Positions 9,695 to 19,025 of a stretch of 24,032 nucleotides of DNA are shown one piece after another. The notes beneath the pieces were generated by a model. The model did not search any database. It worked only from the letters and a program-made list of their open reading frames with translations, and had not been told where the DNA came from. The stretch is from positions 1 through 24,032 of the forward strand of contig JBDLKA010000053.1 of NCBI GenBank assembly GCA_039714075.1, read 5' to 3'. Within the stretch, counting starts at the first letter, position 1; every line of letters starts with the position of its first letter. A program made the translations under genes and the position numbers. The stretch comes from Candidatus Krumholzibacteriota bacterium. Lineage in GTDB: Bacteria > Krumholzibacteriota > Krumholzibacteriia > LZORAL124-64-63.

Positions 9695-9751
9695 GGGGAA
9701 TCCCTCCTGGAAAAAAACCGGTTACAAATACCAACTTCAGCCGGGAAACTA

Positions 9752-11752
9752 TCACCGGTCCGGATTTTCTTCAAGGATCAGTTTCAGGCGCCGGACCTGT
9801 TCCTTCTGCCCCTCGGTCAAGCCGTGCAGGGCCCCGGCCCGGTCCAGGGCGGCGGCGGCCGCGGCGGGGTTGCCGGCCTGGAAGTTGGCCAGGGCCAGGT
9901 TGAACCAGCCGTTCACGTAAAAGGGATAATCACCGGTCAGGTCGGACAGGATATCGACCGCCAGTTCGGTCCGCCCGCTTTCCGCGTAGAGCGAGGCCAG
10001 GTTCGACCGCACCCGGAAATTGCCCGGGCTTCGCTGGTGGGCCTTTTCCATGAGGTCCAGGGCCCGCCCCTTGCGCCCCTGGAGATTCATGACCAGACCG
10101 CCGCGCAGATAGGGATAGGCCCAGCCCGGGTCCAGGAACGACGCCCGTTCGTAGGCGGCCAGCGCCTCGTTGTACTTTTTCATCTGTTCGTAGTTGCGGC
10201 CGATGCGGTAGGGAATCAGGCGGCTGGCCGGTTGCCGGGCCTGCGCCAGCTCGAGAGCGGCCAGCGCCTCGTCGTGGGCCCCGAGATCTTCCAGATACAG
10301 GGACAGATGAAACGGCGTGTCGGCCAGGCCGGGCCGCACCTCTTCCGCCTGTCGGCCCTTGGCCATGGTCAGGTCCAGGTCGCCGCGCTTGCCGGCCCGC
10401 GAAGCCTCGTGCAGATGGACCTGCCAGTGGACCTCGGCCTGGTCGAGGGCGGCCCAGCGGGGCAACAGGGCAACCGTCAGAAGAATGGCCACAGGCAGCC
10501 AGACCCATCGCCGCGCCCTTCCCCGGAACACCGCCACCAGAAAAACCGCCGCGTTGACGGCCAGCAAAGGAGCGACGGGCTGCCGGTAGCGCGAGGTCGG
10601 GAAAAACGGCAGCAGGCTCAGGAAGTAGGAACCGACCAGGATGATCATGATCCAGCGGGCGGTGCGCGGCAGGAACCGGAATCCCAGCAGCCCCAGGGCG
10701 GACAGCAGCACGAACGGAACCGGCAGTACCCACAACGCCGAAAATTGCGTCTTCCAGTAGTCGTAGCTGACGATCTGCGGCAGCTCGTAGCCGTTCCAGA
10801 AACGATAGGCCTTGCGTCCGTAGTGCAGGGGCATGGCGCCCAGGTTGTCGCGGAACCCGTGCCAGGCCCGGCGGGTGAGGATGCGCGAGACCTCGGATCC
10901 CTTGAGGTCGCGGCCCAGCTCGCGTTCGAGGGTTGTTTCCATGGAGGGATCGAATTCGGCCTGCGCCTCTTCCATCACCGGGGCGAAGATTCCCTTGTAG
11001 TCGTGCTGCTGGCCGATCAAAAGATTCACGCCGCCGTTGCTGGTCAAAAGGACAAAATCATCGGCGACGATCAGGTTGCGCAGGGTTGCCGGCGCCAGCA
11101 TCAACGCGCCGCCAAGGACGAGGGCGGCCAGGTTTTTCCAACGGACCGGCCGCGCCAGGGGCGCCTTCCACAGCAGAAGCGGAAGCCCCGCCAGCAACAG
11201 CAGAACGTTGCCCCGGGCAAGTCCGGTCAGTCCGGTCATCAGGCCGAGTACCAGCCAGTTGCCGATGGTGGGTTTGCCGGCCGCGCGAATAGCAAGCAAC
11301 CCGGTCAACAGGAACAGGGTTGTGACCAGGGTGGCCATCAGCAGGTTGCCGGCGTAGAAAACGGGCGCCCCGTAAAAGGCGAACAAGGCCGTACCCAGCA
11401 GGGCGGTGCCCCCGGCGTCGTCCGGAAGCAGCTTGCGGGTGAACCGGAACACCAGCCAGACGTTCAACAACGACATGCCCAGCTGAATGGTCAGCGCCTC
11501 GGGGCCGCCCACACCGAAGACCAGGTAGACAAGGGCCAGAAAGTGGGGGTACAGCGGCCCCATCCAGTAGGTTTCGTTCCAGCCCCAGTCGCCGGCCACC
11601 AGGCGCGTGGCCCAGTCATGGTAGGTTTCGCTGTCCAGCAGGGGGATTTCGCCCAGGTCGGTGCCGCGCAGCTGGAAGAAGAAGAACATCCGCACCGCGG
11701 CGGAAAAAAGCAGCAGGGACAACAGAAGGTGGTTGCGGGTGCGCGCTTCCAC
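9752..11752 (-). CDS. GT-C (ArnT/PMT-like) membrane glycosyltransferase with C-terminal TPR domain
   Basis: Multiple TM helices, DSETYHDWA first-loop motif, PLYPHFLA, SNGGVNLLIG, 'RYRQP' motif, followed by about 5-6 TPR-like repeats. Confidence 0.82.
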   Translation of the reverse strand: MEARTRNHLLLSLLLFSAAVRMFFFFQLRGTDLGEIPLLDSETYHDWATRLVAGDWGWNETYWMGPLYPHFLALVYLVFGVGGPEALTIQLGMSLLNVWLVFRFTRKLLPDDAGGTALLGTALFAFYGAPVFYAGNLLMATLVTTLFLLTGLLAIRAAGKPTIGNWLVLGLMTGLTGLARGNVLLLLAGLPLLLWKAPLARPVRWKNLAALVLGGALMLAPATLRNLIVADDFVLLTSNGGVNLLIGQQHDYKGIFAPVMEEAQAEFDPSMETTLERELGRDLKGSEVSRILTRRAWHGFRDNLGAMPLHYGRKAYRFWNGYELPQIVSYDYWKTQFSALWVLPVPFVLLSALGLLGFRFLPRTARWIMIILVGSYFLSLLPFFPTSRYRQPVAPLLAVNAAVFLVAVFRGRARRWVWLPVAILLTVALLPRWAALDQAEVHWQVHLHEASRAGKRGDLDLTMAKGRQAEEVRPGLADTPFHLSLYLEDLGAHDEALAALELAQARQPASRLIPYRIGRNYEQMKKYNEALAAYERASFLDPGWAYPYLRGGLVMNLQGRKGRALDLMEKAHQRSPGNFRVRSNLASLYAESGRTELAVDILSDLTGDYPFYVNGWFNLALANFQAGNPAAAAAALDRAGALHGLTEGQKEQVRRLKLILEENPDR

Positions 11753-11758
11753 GATCGG

Positions 11759-13072
11759 TCAGTCGCCGTCGATCAGCGACCGGGACAGGCGCAACAGGAT
11801 GAACTCGCTGTCGTCGGGGGTATCGGGCGGTCGTCGTCCGGTGCTCAGCGGGAAATTGTTGTCGTTGGCCACCAGCAGGGTGCGGTCGTCGATCACGGCC
11901 AGACTTTCCGGTGTGACATAGGGGAAGGAATAGTCTTCGCCCAGGCCCACGGCGCCGTTTTCGGACCGGGTCAGGTCCTGGGAATCCCGGATGTCCATCA
12001 GGTCGCAGACCAGGGTCTTGTTCAGGTTGCCGTCCTGGTCGAGATCCTCCAGGTCGATGCGATAGATCCGCTTGATTTCCGCGGTCAACCCTTCGCCCGG
12101 GTCGCGCTCGAGAACCAGGAACACCTGGTCGGTGACGGCCTCCAACGAAGCCAGACTGATGTCCTGACGATCGGCCCGGTAGAGCCAGAAAGCGCCGGAA
12201 AAACCGTGGCGCGCGGGATCGAATTCCAGAATGACACGCCGGGTGCGCTCGCTGTCGTCGCTCATGGGTTTTTCGACCGCGGCGTAGATCTTGTCGCCGG
12301 ACGCATTGCGCGCCAGGCCCTCGATGCCGCCGCTGCGCGGAAGATTGGCCAGATCGAGCCGCATTTTCTCATTGCGCAGGAAGCGCAGGTCCGGGTGATC
12401 GGGGGTGCGCAACACGGGCGAACCGCGGGAAAAAGGGCGCAAAGGGGGGACGACGGGAATCGGCAAAGGCTTTTCGAGGATGACCCCGTCGGGTCCGACG
12501 TGCAACATGGAGGGGCCGAATTCCTCGCCCACCCAGAACGAGCCGTCGTTCATGCGCACGAAGGACTCGGGATCGAAATCGGCCCCGGTCAAAGGCCTGC
12601 TGACGCTGTCACCCAGGGTGATGGCAAAGGGAATTATCCTGGCGGGATCGGACCAGTAGACGAACTCCGACACCTCGACGGGTCCGCCCTCGGTCGGGGG
12701 ATCATCCAGATCCAGATGCAGGTGGAACCAGCCCAGGGGATAGTCGGGGCTGTTGGCCATGGAGCCGAAGCCGTTGTCCTGCAGGGCTACGTACCGCCCG
12801 CCGTCACGGGGGATGAGCGAACTGATTCCCTGCACCGGCATATCGCCGAAAGGCAGCTGGCGGCCGTTGATTTCCGGATCCATGGCGATGCCGACCGGCG
12901 GGCTTCCGGGCAGGAAGGTGTCGGCGGGCAAAACGGCCCGGCCGATCAGGACGGCGAGCTTTCCGGAGCTTTTTTCGGACTTGGGTACACAGGCGGACAG
13001 GCCCAGCGCCAGGGCGACTATGGTCAAGCCGACCGCGGTCAGGCCGAAAATGCGCGATCTTCCAGTCAGCAT
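11759..13072 (-). CDS. Esterase-like activity of phytase family lipoprotein (beta-propeller)
   Basis: Lipobox LSAC; family motifs QGISS, DNGFGS, FDPES, EEFGP, GIEGLA, LVLERD, NDNNFP. Confidence 0.85.
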   Translation of the reverse strand: MLTGRSRIFGLTAVGLTIVALALGLSACVPKSEKSSGKLAVLIGRAVLPADTFLPGSPPVGIAMDPEINGRQLPFGDMPVQGISSLIPRDGGRYVALQDNGFGSMANSPDYPLGWFHLHLDLDDPPTEGGPVEVSEFVYWSDPARIIPFAITLGDSVSRPLTGADFDPESFVRMNDGSFWVGEEFGPSMLHVGPDGVILEKPLPIPVVPPLRPFSRGSPVLRTPDHPDLRFLRNEKMRLDLANLPRSGGIEGLARNASGDKIYAAVEKPMSDDSERTRRVILEFDPARHGFSGAFWLYRADRQDISLASLEAVTDQVFLVLERDPGEGLTAEIKRIYRIDLEDLDQDGNLNKTLVCDLMDIRDSQDLTRSENGAVGLGEDYSFPYVTPESLAVIDDRTLLVANDNNFPLSTGRRPPDTPDDSEFILLRLSRSLIDGD

Positions 13073-13149
13073 GAACTCCCCTGGGGGTTGGTCGGCCAGG
13101 ATTGATTATGGGGGACTGGCAACAATGCGGTATTGTATCACAGGCCCAT

Positions 13150-13162
13150 AAAATGACACACG
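13150..13162 (+). repeat. 13-bp direct repeat copy 1 (AAAATGACACACG)
   Basis: Identical to 13751..13763; ends 9 nt before the YdeI-like start. Confidence 0.7.
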
Positions 13163-13171
13163 GGAGAGGTT

Positions 13172-13744
13172 TTGGAAAAACTTCCGGAAATCTACCTCAG
13201 CGAACGGGACGATTGGCGGGACTGGTTGGCCGAAAACAACGCCGACAGCTCCGGAGTCTGGTTGATCTACTACAAGAAGCACACGGGGATCGCGCGAATC
13301 GCCTACGAGGACGCGGTCGAAGAGGCCCTGTGTTTCGGTTGGATCGACAGCACGGTGCGCCGTCTGGACAACCAGCGGTTCGCCCAGAAATTCGTGCCGC
13401 GCAGGTTGCGCAGCAACTGGTCGGGCCACAACCGGCGGCGGGCGGAAAATCTCATCGCCGCGGGATTGATGGCGGCCCCGGGAATGGAAAAAATCGAAGC
13501 CGCTCGCCGGAACGGCGAATGGGACAAGGCGCTGGAGGACAGGATGGATCGGCCGACGCCGCCCGAACTGGAAACTGTTTTGGCCGCAGACCCCAAGGCG
13601 GCGGCGGAATTCGACCGCCTGACCCCCACGCAGCGCAAATATTTCATCCACTGGATCAGCGAAGCCAAGAAACCGGAAACGCGGGAACGGAGAGCGGACA
13701 AGGCGAGGGCCATGCTGCGGGAGGGGAAACGGCCCGGGATGTGA
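13172..13744 (+). CDS. YdeI/OmpD-associated family protein
   Basis: WRDWLAEN, YEDAVEEALCFGWID, WS..NRRR and 'F..LTPTQRK...WI.EAKKPETRERR' motifs; GGAGAGG RBS before TTG. Confidence 0.92.
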   Translation: MEKLPEIYLSERDDWRDWLAENNADSSGVWLIYYKKHTGIARIAYEDAVEEALCFGWIDSTVRRLDNQRFAQKFVPRRLRSNWSGHNRRRAENLIAAGLMAAPGMEKIEAARRNGEWDKALEDRMDRPTPPELETVLAADPKAAAEFDRLTPTQRKYFIHWISEAKKPETRERRADKARAMLREGKRPGM

Positions 13745-13750
13745 GGGCCA

Positions 13751-13763
13751 AAAATGACACACG
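13751..13763 (+). repeat. 13-bp direct repeat copy 2 (AAAATGACACACG)
   Basis: Identical to 13150..13162; begins 6 nt after the YdeI-like stop and ends 17 nt before a TATAAT at 13781. Confidence 0.7.
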
Positions 13764-13784
13764 AACCGGGTAACAGCCCTTATA

Positions 13785-15365
13785 ATGAAGACCATTGCCA
13801 TCAATCCGAATTTTCCAGGGGACATCAGGACATTGAAACATCATCCCTTCAAAAAAAACGGTTCACCTTTTCTGGCTGCCGGGCTCCTGCTGACGCTTCT
13901 GTTGCTGGGTTCCTGTGACAATGAAACACCCACCATGTGCCCGACCGATGGGGTCGGCATTCTCGAAGGCTATCTGAAGGTTGCGGGCCAGGGAGTTTCC
14001 GCAACCATCGGTGCCCGTGCCCTGGAAGGACCCGACCCTGGGTCAATTTTCCGCAGGACCGTTTCCGATTCGACCGGCTGGTACCGCCTGGAGCTGCCGA
14101 CGGGACTTTATCAACTGGAGATAAATCCCGGCCTTTTCGGCAGAACCTCTCGCGAGCCATACGACACGATAAGAGTGCTGCCCAGGGTTTTCCGTTTTGA
14201 TATCGAACGCGGCCGGGCCGAGGTTCGCATTCAATTCCCCGAAGACCAGGATGGGGTCAGGTTCCACTTTCAGCTCTGGCGTGAAACCTATTTAATAATG
14301 AACCAGTCCGACAGGGTCGAGGGAGGGCAACTGGTTTTCGAGTATCCGATCCTGGAGCCCGGCGCCTATACCATGGAACTTAGCGGCGGAGACCTGATCG
14401 ACGGGTACTACCTGCCGGGCTTCACGGAATCTTCGGACGCGGACATTATCGAAGTCGATATCGCAAGCACATCGGTATACGAGGCTGATTTCAGTGACTC
14501 ATACGCGTCCATCAGCGGGAGTGTTACCGGCAGTTGGCAGGAATCGGGAGTATCGGGGAGACCCATCGTGGAAGCTGTTTCCACCGGTTTGAGGTGGAGC
14601 GGTTACACGAGGTGTGCCATTGAAGGCACGTTTACAATGGGATTCCTGGTTCCCCAGGCGGTCATCCTCCGATCGGAGAACAGCGGGGTGTCCCAATGGA
14701 TCGGGGGCGAAACCTCCGATACCGCCCGGGTATTCGATCTCCAGCCCGGCGACCGGATTGCGGGAGTGGAGGTGATCGAATCCGGAATCAAGGTTCTTCT
14801 CGATGGTCCGGGTGACCTTGTCTCGCACCATCCGGAGATCACCGTTCGGTCGGCGTCCGGCGAGGAATTTCATCCCCGGGGATTCGGGAATAATCCGTTT
14901 GCGGTCACCAATCTGCGGCCGGGACGCTATTTCCTGTTTGTGGACGGTTATTGTGGCGACGAGATCTGGGCCCACCAGTGGTACGGCGGGTCGGAGACGT
15001 TCGCGGGCGCCACCCCCATCGACCTGGCCGAGGGAGAGCTTGGCCGGATTGTGATGACTCTCGAACGGGGCGGCCGCATCGAAGGCAATCTTTTGCGGTC
15101 CGACGGAACCCGGCCGCTCACGATCCGGTTCGGCCTGTTTGATCCGACCGGCGAACCGGCCTGTTCCGGATGGGGCCAGTGGAGAGAGTTCGACGAAGGC
15201 CGCTTCGAGTTCCAGGGCCTTGCCGATGGCGACCATTATCTGGGTGTGCAGACCTGGGGCGATGATATCTGGTGGTATCCCGGAACCGGGGAATTCACCG
15301 AAGCCGTTCCGTTGACCATCGAAAACCATGCGGACCTGGCCGACGTCGATTGGGTGCTGCCATGA
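13785..15365 (+). CDS. Lipoprotein with repeated carboxypeptidase-regulatory/prealbumin-like beta-sandwich domains (paralog A)
   Basis: Lipobox LGSC; repeated 'D..G.Y.L.LP.G.Y', 'L.PG.Y' and 'WYPG/WYGG' modules. True start may be TTG 13833 because TATAAT overlaps ATG 13785. Confidence 0.7.
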   Translation: MKTIAINPNFPGDIRTLKHHPFKKNGSPFLAAGLLLTLLLLGSCDNETPTMCPTDGVGILEGYLKVAGQGVSATIGARALEGPDPGSIFRRTVSDSTGWYRLELPTGLYQLEINPGLFGRTSREPYDTIRVLPRVFRFDIERGRAEVRIQFPEDQDGVRFHFQLWRETYLIMNQSDRVEGGQLVFEYPILEPGAYTMELSGGDLIDGYYLPGFTESSDADIIEVDIASTSVYEADFSDSYASISGSVTGSWQESGVSGRPIVEAVSTGLRWSGYTRCAIEGTFTMGFLVPQAVILRSENSGVSQWIGGETSDTARVFDLQPGDRIAGVEVIESGIKVLLDGPGDLVSHHPEITVRSASGEEFHPRGFGNNPFAVTNLRPGRYFLFVDGYCGDEIWAHQWYGGSETFAGATPIDLAEGELGRIVMTLERGGRIEGNLLRSDGTRPLTIRFGLFDPTGEPACSGWGQWREFDEGRFEFQGLADGDHYLGVQTWGDDIWWYPGTGEFTEAVPLTIENHADLADVDWVLP

Positions 15366-17014
15366 TGGGGTTCAAGAGCGCACCAGGGGCGCCACCGCTG
15401 ATCCGGGGAACCCTGTTCCTGTTGTTGGGCGCGGCATTCATCATGAGTGGTCAGGGCTGTGACGAACCGGTCGACCTGTGTGACCCTCAGGTTCCAGGGG
15501 GCCGGATCCAGGGCCGGGTCCTTTCGGGCGGCCTGCCTCTGGATGCGTACGTTACGGCCGAGCTCATGGACGAGGAACATCCGAATTTCGGAAAGTTCCG
15601 GGCCGAACCGGACGAAACGGGACTCTATTCCCTCGATCTTCCTTTCGGTCGTTACATCTTCACCCTCCGTACTGAAGGGGGCCGCTATGACTATACGGCC
15701 TCCGGGATAAGCTACGGCCAGTTTCCTCCCGACACGGTATCGGTGCGTTCCGGAATCCGCACCCCGGACATCAATTTCGTCCTGGGAGGAGTGGCGATCG
15801 GTCTTGACGTTCCCGACTACCTGAACGACCAATACGGCCAGGTGATTCTTCACCGGCAGGATGATTACGATGGGGGAACTTGGGGACTGGTGACCACGGG
15901 CCGCGCGGAAATCGAGACCGGCAGATTCGAGGTGGATATCGCGGGCGTCCTTCCTGGAGATTACCAGGTCGAGGTTATATTGGGGTGCCTGAGATCCTAT
16001 TGCGGGGACATCAACGGCGGCGAACGCTTCTGGCTGCCGGCCACCCATGACCAGGCCGAGTCGCCGTTGTATACGGTCGCCCCCGATTCGATTTTGTCGC
16101 TCGACGAAAACATGCTCCAGGAACCCGCACGGATTGAAGGAAGGGTGTCGGGAGCCTGGCTGGACATGGGGATCGAACGGGAGCCGGTCGTATCGATCGT
16201 AACCGAGGACTCCCTTCTGGTCCTGAAGAGTTTCCATACGGACGAGGATGGGTTTTTTACGGCCGATTTCCTGGTGCCCGGACCGGTAAAAATATTGGTT
16301 TCCCAATTGGGAATAGACTACTGGATCGGGGGGCCGGATTTCGAGAGCGCCACGGTTTTCATGCTGGAATCAGGCCACACGATCACGGAAATCGAGCATG
16401 ACCAATGTGGAATCCATCTGGTGGTGGACGAAACAGGGCTTTCTTATTACAACGGATTCATTGAAATCTTCAACCCGGCAAATATATCCCAGGGGGTATT
16501 GGAATCCTCCTGGGGAAATACCGGCCGACACATCGGCATTCCCAACCTTTGGCCCGGCGAATTCCTGGTTCAGGTGAGTCCTGTTTCGTGGTCGAGGGGC
16601 ATCACGGAATGGAGACCCCAGTGGTTCGACCGGGCGGCTACCGTCGACCTGGCCCAACCGATCCAGCTGACCACAGGTGGACAAGTGGCGCGCCTGGACC
16701 TGGTGATGGAGGCGGGGGGAAAGATCTCGGGCCGGGTGGTGTCCGCAGACGGCCCGCTGGACTATTATGGGATCCAGCTCTATCCGGTCGACGATGAAGA
16801 CCCCTGGGCGGACAGGTTCTTTGGGGACGATACGTACCATCTAACGGGTCTGCCCGACGGCGATTATGTCATCGCGGCCAGATCGGGCATGATCGTCTCC
16901 CCGCTGGAAGGAATCCTCTGGTATCCCGGAACCTATGACCGGGCCGAGGCGCAGGTCATCGAAATCAGGGATGCTTCGGTGGTGGAAGGTGTGGACATCA
17001 TCATTCCCCAATAG
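15362..17014 (+). CDS. Probable lipoprotein with repeated carboxypeptidase-regulatory-like domains (paralog B)
   Basis: ATGA overlap with the upstream stop; hydrophobic signal then GQGC; colinear motif matches to paralog A along its length. Confidence 0.7.
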   Translation: MMGFKSAPGAPPLIRGTLFLLLGAAFIMSGQGCDEPVDLCDPQVPGGRIQGRVLSGGLPLDAYVTAELMDEEHPNFGKFRAEPDETGLYSLDLPFGRYIFTLRTEGGRYDYTASGISYGQFPPDTVSVRSGIRTPDINFVLGGVAIGLDVPDYLNDQYGQVILHRQDDYDGGTWGLVTTGRAEIETGRFEVDIAGVLPGDYQVEVILGCLRSYCGDINGGERFWLPATHDQAESPLYTVAPDSILSLDENMLQEPARIEGRVSGAWLDMGIEREPVVSIVTEDSLLVLKSFHTDEDGFFTADFLVPGPVKILVSQLGIDYWIGGPDFESATVFMLESGHTITEIEHDQCGIHLVVDETGLSYYNGFIEIFNPANISQGVLESSWGNTGRHIGIPNLWPGEFLVQVSPVSWSRGITEWRPQWFDRAATVDLAQPIQLTTGGQVARLDLVMEAGGKISGRVVSADGPLDYYGIQLYPVDDEDPWADRFFGDDTYHLTGLPDGDYVIAARSGMIVSPLEGILWYPGTYDRAEAQVIEIRDASVVEGVDIIIPQ

Positions 17015-17030
17015 GGGCAAGGGGGCAGTC

Positions 17031-18257
17031 GTGAAATACCTGATCATTCTGGCGGTTTTATTGGCCGTCATCCCCGGACCCGACCCGGCAAAAGCCGGAT
17101 CGGGAGCCGGCGGGATTGTTTTCTCCTTCAACACATCGGCCCGGTACGAGGGCATGGGCAGTGCCGGCGTGGGCGCGCCCTGGGGCGGCGCCACCAACCA
17201 CTGGGCCAACCCGGCCCAGCTGGCCTACCGCCGGGGGCTCCAGCTCGAGTGGTTCAGGTCGGAATTGGCGGCGGGTCTTGCTGATGACATCGTTCTGGAA
17301 AACCAGGAGTTTATTCTGGGAGTGGGAGGGGTCACCGTTCTCTGGGGCCGGACTCCGGCGAGCGGGCGCTACCTGGACATGGGATCCCAAACCGCCACCG
17401 ACGAGAACGGGCAACCGGTGGGCACTTTCCATTCCTACATGAAATCGGAATCCTACGGTTTGGCCGTGGACGTGGTTCAGGTGTTCGATTATTTCCAGTC
17501 CGGTTCGGAGGATCCCCTGAACCTGTCCCGTTACGGATCCCTTTCCTTCGGTTACGTCAATAAGGACTTCGAAGACAAGCTTTCGGGCGACAGTATTATC
17601 CAGGACCCGCAGGGCGCCAGCACGGGTCAGGCGAACACCCACGATTTCGGCTGGGTGGTCCGGGTGACGCCGGTGAATACGCTGGATACCGAAGATGCCA
17701 TCGGCTTTCTCCTGGGCGTGGCCTACGGATCATCCCTTCTCAACGGCGGCGACGAGGTCATCGTCCATGCCGATGCCGACCAGTCCGATCCCTTGCCGCG
17801 GGCCCATGTCAACGGCTGGTCCCTGCACGGGGAAATCGCTGTCGGCCGGCAGAATTGGCGGAAAAACACCTCGACAATCCTGGACAAACTCTATGACACC
17901 TTCAATCCCTTCCTGAGTCTGACCATTGCCGGCCAGACAAGCGTGCCGGGTTATGTTTGGGACAGGGATACCGGGGAATACATCTACAAAAAGGACACGT
18001 CCGGAGTTCAGGACGAAATCGGCAACGGCTGGGAGCTTGGCCTGGGCAACATTTTCTACCTGCGGCGCGGTCATGTTGAGGTAATTTACGCTGATATCGA
18101 TGAAGACACCGAGGGCTGGGGGATAAACGCCCAGGTGGGCGACATGTTCGGCTTCCGCTACGACAAGGCGACGGTTCCCCAAGCCAGCGGCCTACCCACG
18201 GTGGACAGGGAAACGTGGTTGGTCTGGATGAATCCCCTGGCATTCTGTGCGGACTAG
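17031..18257 (+). CDS. PorV/PorQ (FadL-like) outer-membrane beta-barrel protein
   Basis: GTG start with signal peptide MKYLIILAVLLAV; N-terminal SARYEGMGSAG...WANPAQLA matches the PorV/FadL 'ARxxGMGxA...NPAxL' signature; amphipathic strands and 'LRRG' near the C-terminus. Confidence 0.72.
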   Translation: MKYLIILAVLLAVIPGPDPAKAGSGAGGIVFSFNTSARYEGMGSAGVGAPWGGATNHWANPAQLAYRRGLQLEWFRSELAAGLADDIVLENQEFILGVGGVTVLWGRTPASGRYLDMGSQTATDENGQPVGTFHSYMKSESYGLAVDVVQVFDYFQSGSEDPLNLSRYGSLSFGYVNKDFEDKLSGDSIIQDPQGASTGQANTHDFGWVVRVTPVNTLDTEDAIGFLLGVAYGSSLLNGGDEVIVHADADQSDPLPRAHVNGWSLHGEIAVGRQNWRKNTSTILDKLYDTFNPFLSLTIAGQTSVPGYVWDRDTGEYIYKKDTSGVQDEIGNGWELGLGNIFYLRRGHVEVIYADIDEDTEGWGINAQVGDMFGFRYDKATVPQASGLPTVDRETWLVWMNPLAFCAD

Positions 18258-18281
18258 GCGCAGGTGAGGGTTGCTCGAAGT

Positions 18282-18824
18282 CTAGTAATACAGCGCCTTG
18301 ATCCCGCTCCAACTGGCCTCTGAAACCGGCACCTGACCCTCGTCGATGATGGTGTCGATCATGCCGGTGATGGCGGTCAAATCAAACCCGATCGACCCGT
18401 ATCGGATGGTCATGGTCCGGTCCAGCACCGCGTTGTAGGGCAGCCCGCCGGCCTGGGGGAACAGCTCGAACAGGGTCCAGTCGGGCGCCAGCAGGATGGG
18501 ATAGGTCACCCCTTGCGACGCGGCCCAACCCTGGACCAGGGGCTGCAGTTCCATGATGTCCACCGCGAGCACCGTCACGTTGTCGGCCCCGTAGACCTGC
18601 CAGATATCATTCTCCAGATGACCAGCCTCTTCGTTGCACCCCGGGCACCAGGTGGTGAAAAAATTCAGCACGATGATGTCGCCCAGGTGGTCGTAAAGGG
18701 AGCCGTCGCCTTCGACCAGGGCGGGCAGGGTGAAGTCTTCGGCGGTGTCGCCCAGTTCGTAGGCCGAACAGGCGGTCGAAACCACGGCCAGGGCGAGAAC
18801 AAGCGGAAGGGACGAACGACCCAT
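18282..18824 (-). CDS. Exported TlpA/ResA-like thioredoxin-fold protein (CPGC) with C-terminal SWSGIKALYY tail
   Basis: GGGGAG RBS, signal peptide, 'GDTAEDFTL', 'VLNFFTTWCPGC', cis-Pro 'GLPYNAVLD'. Confidence 0.88.
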   Translation of the reverse strand: MGRSSLPLVLALAVVSTACSAYELGDTAEDFTLPALVEGDGSLYDHLGDIIVLNFFTTWCPGCNEEAGHLENDIWQVYGADNVTVLAVDIMELQPLVQGWAASQGVTYPILLAPDWTLFELFPQAGGLPYNAVLDRTMTIRYGSIGFDLTAITGMIDTIIDEGQVPVSEASWSGIKALYY

Positions 18825-18875
18825 GGAACAACTCCCCGATTGATCGCGAAAATGATCGGATTGAGGCCTTGTTCC

Positions 18876-18908
18876 GAGTATATGAAGGTTCGGAGCAACT
18901 GCCAGGGG
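18876..18908 (-). promoter_or_regulatory. Conserved upstream motif copy 1 (CCCCTGGC-N9-GAACCTTCATATACTC on the minus strand)
   Basis: 24 identical positions with the same spacing as 22948..22980; contains TATACT with CTGGCA 17 nt upstream; 51 nt from the ATG. Confidence 0.75.
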
Positions 18909-18947
18909 CCGGGATTTGCGGTAGAATGCGGGCAGCTCGAAAAAACC

Positions 18948-18975
18948 ATGAAGAATTTTCCGCTCCACGCGTCTA
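18948..18975 (+). promoter_or_regulatory. Candidate autoregulatory ECF promoter
   Basis: ATGAAG-N16-CGTCTA about 50 nt upstream of the ECF sigma gene; CGTC -10 is typical of ECF promoters, -35 is atypical. Confidence 0.35.
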
Positions 18976-19025
18976 CCCGGGTGAGAGTTGGCTGATCACA
19001 AGCCGGAGGAAAGGACGCCGCGAAG

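Noticed and set aside
9824..13105. 1093-aa plus-strand ORF
   Set aside because: Antisense shadow of two well-supported minus-strand genes; no recognisable motifs; long shadow ORFs are expected at this GC content
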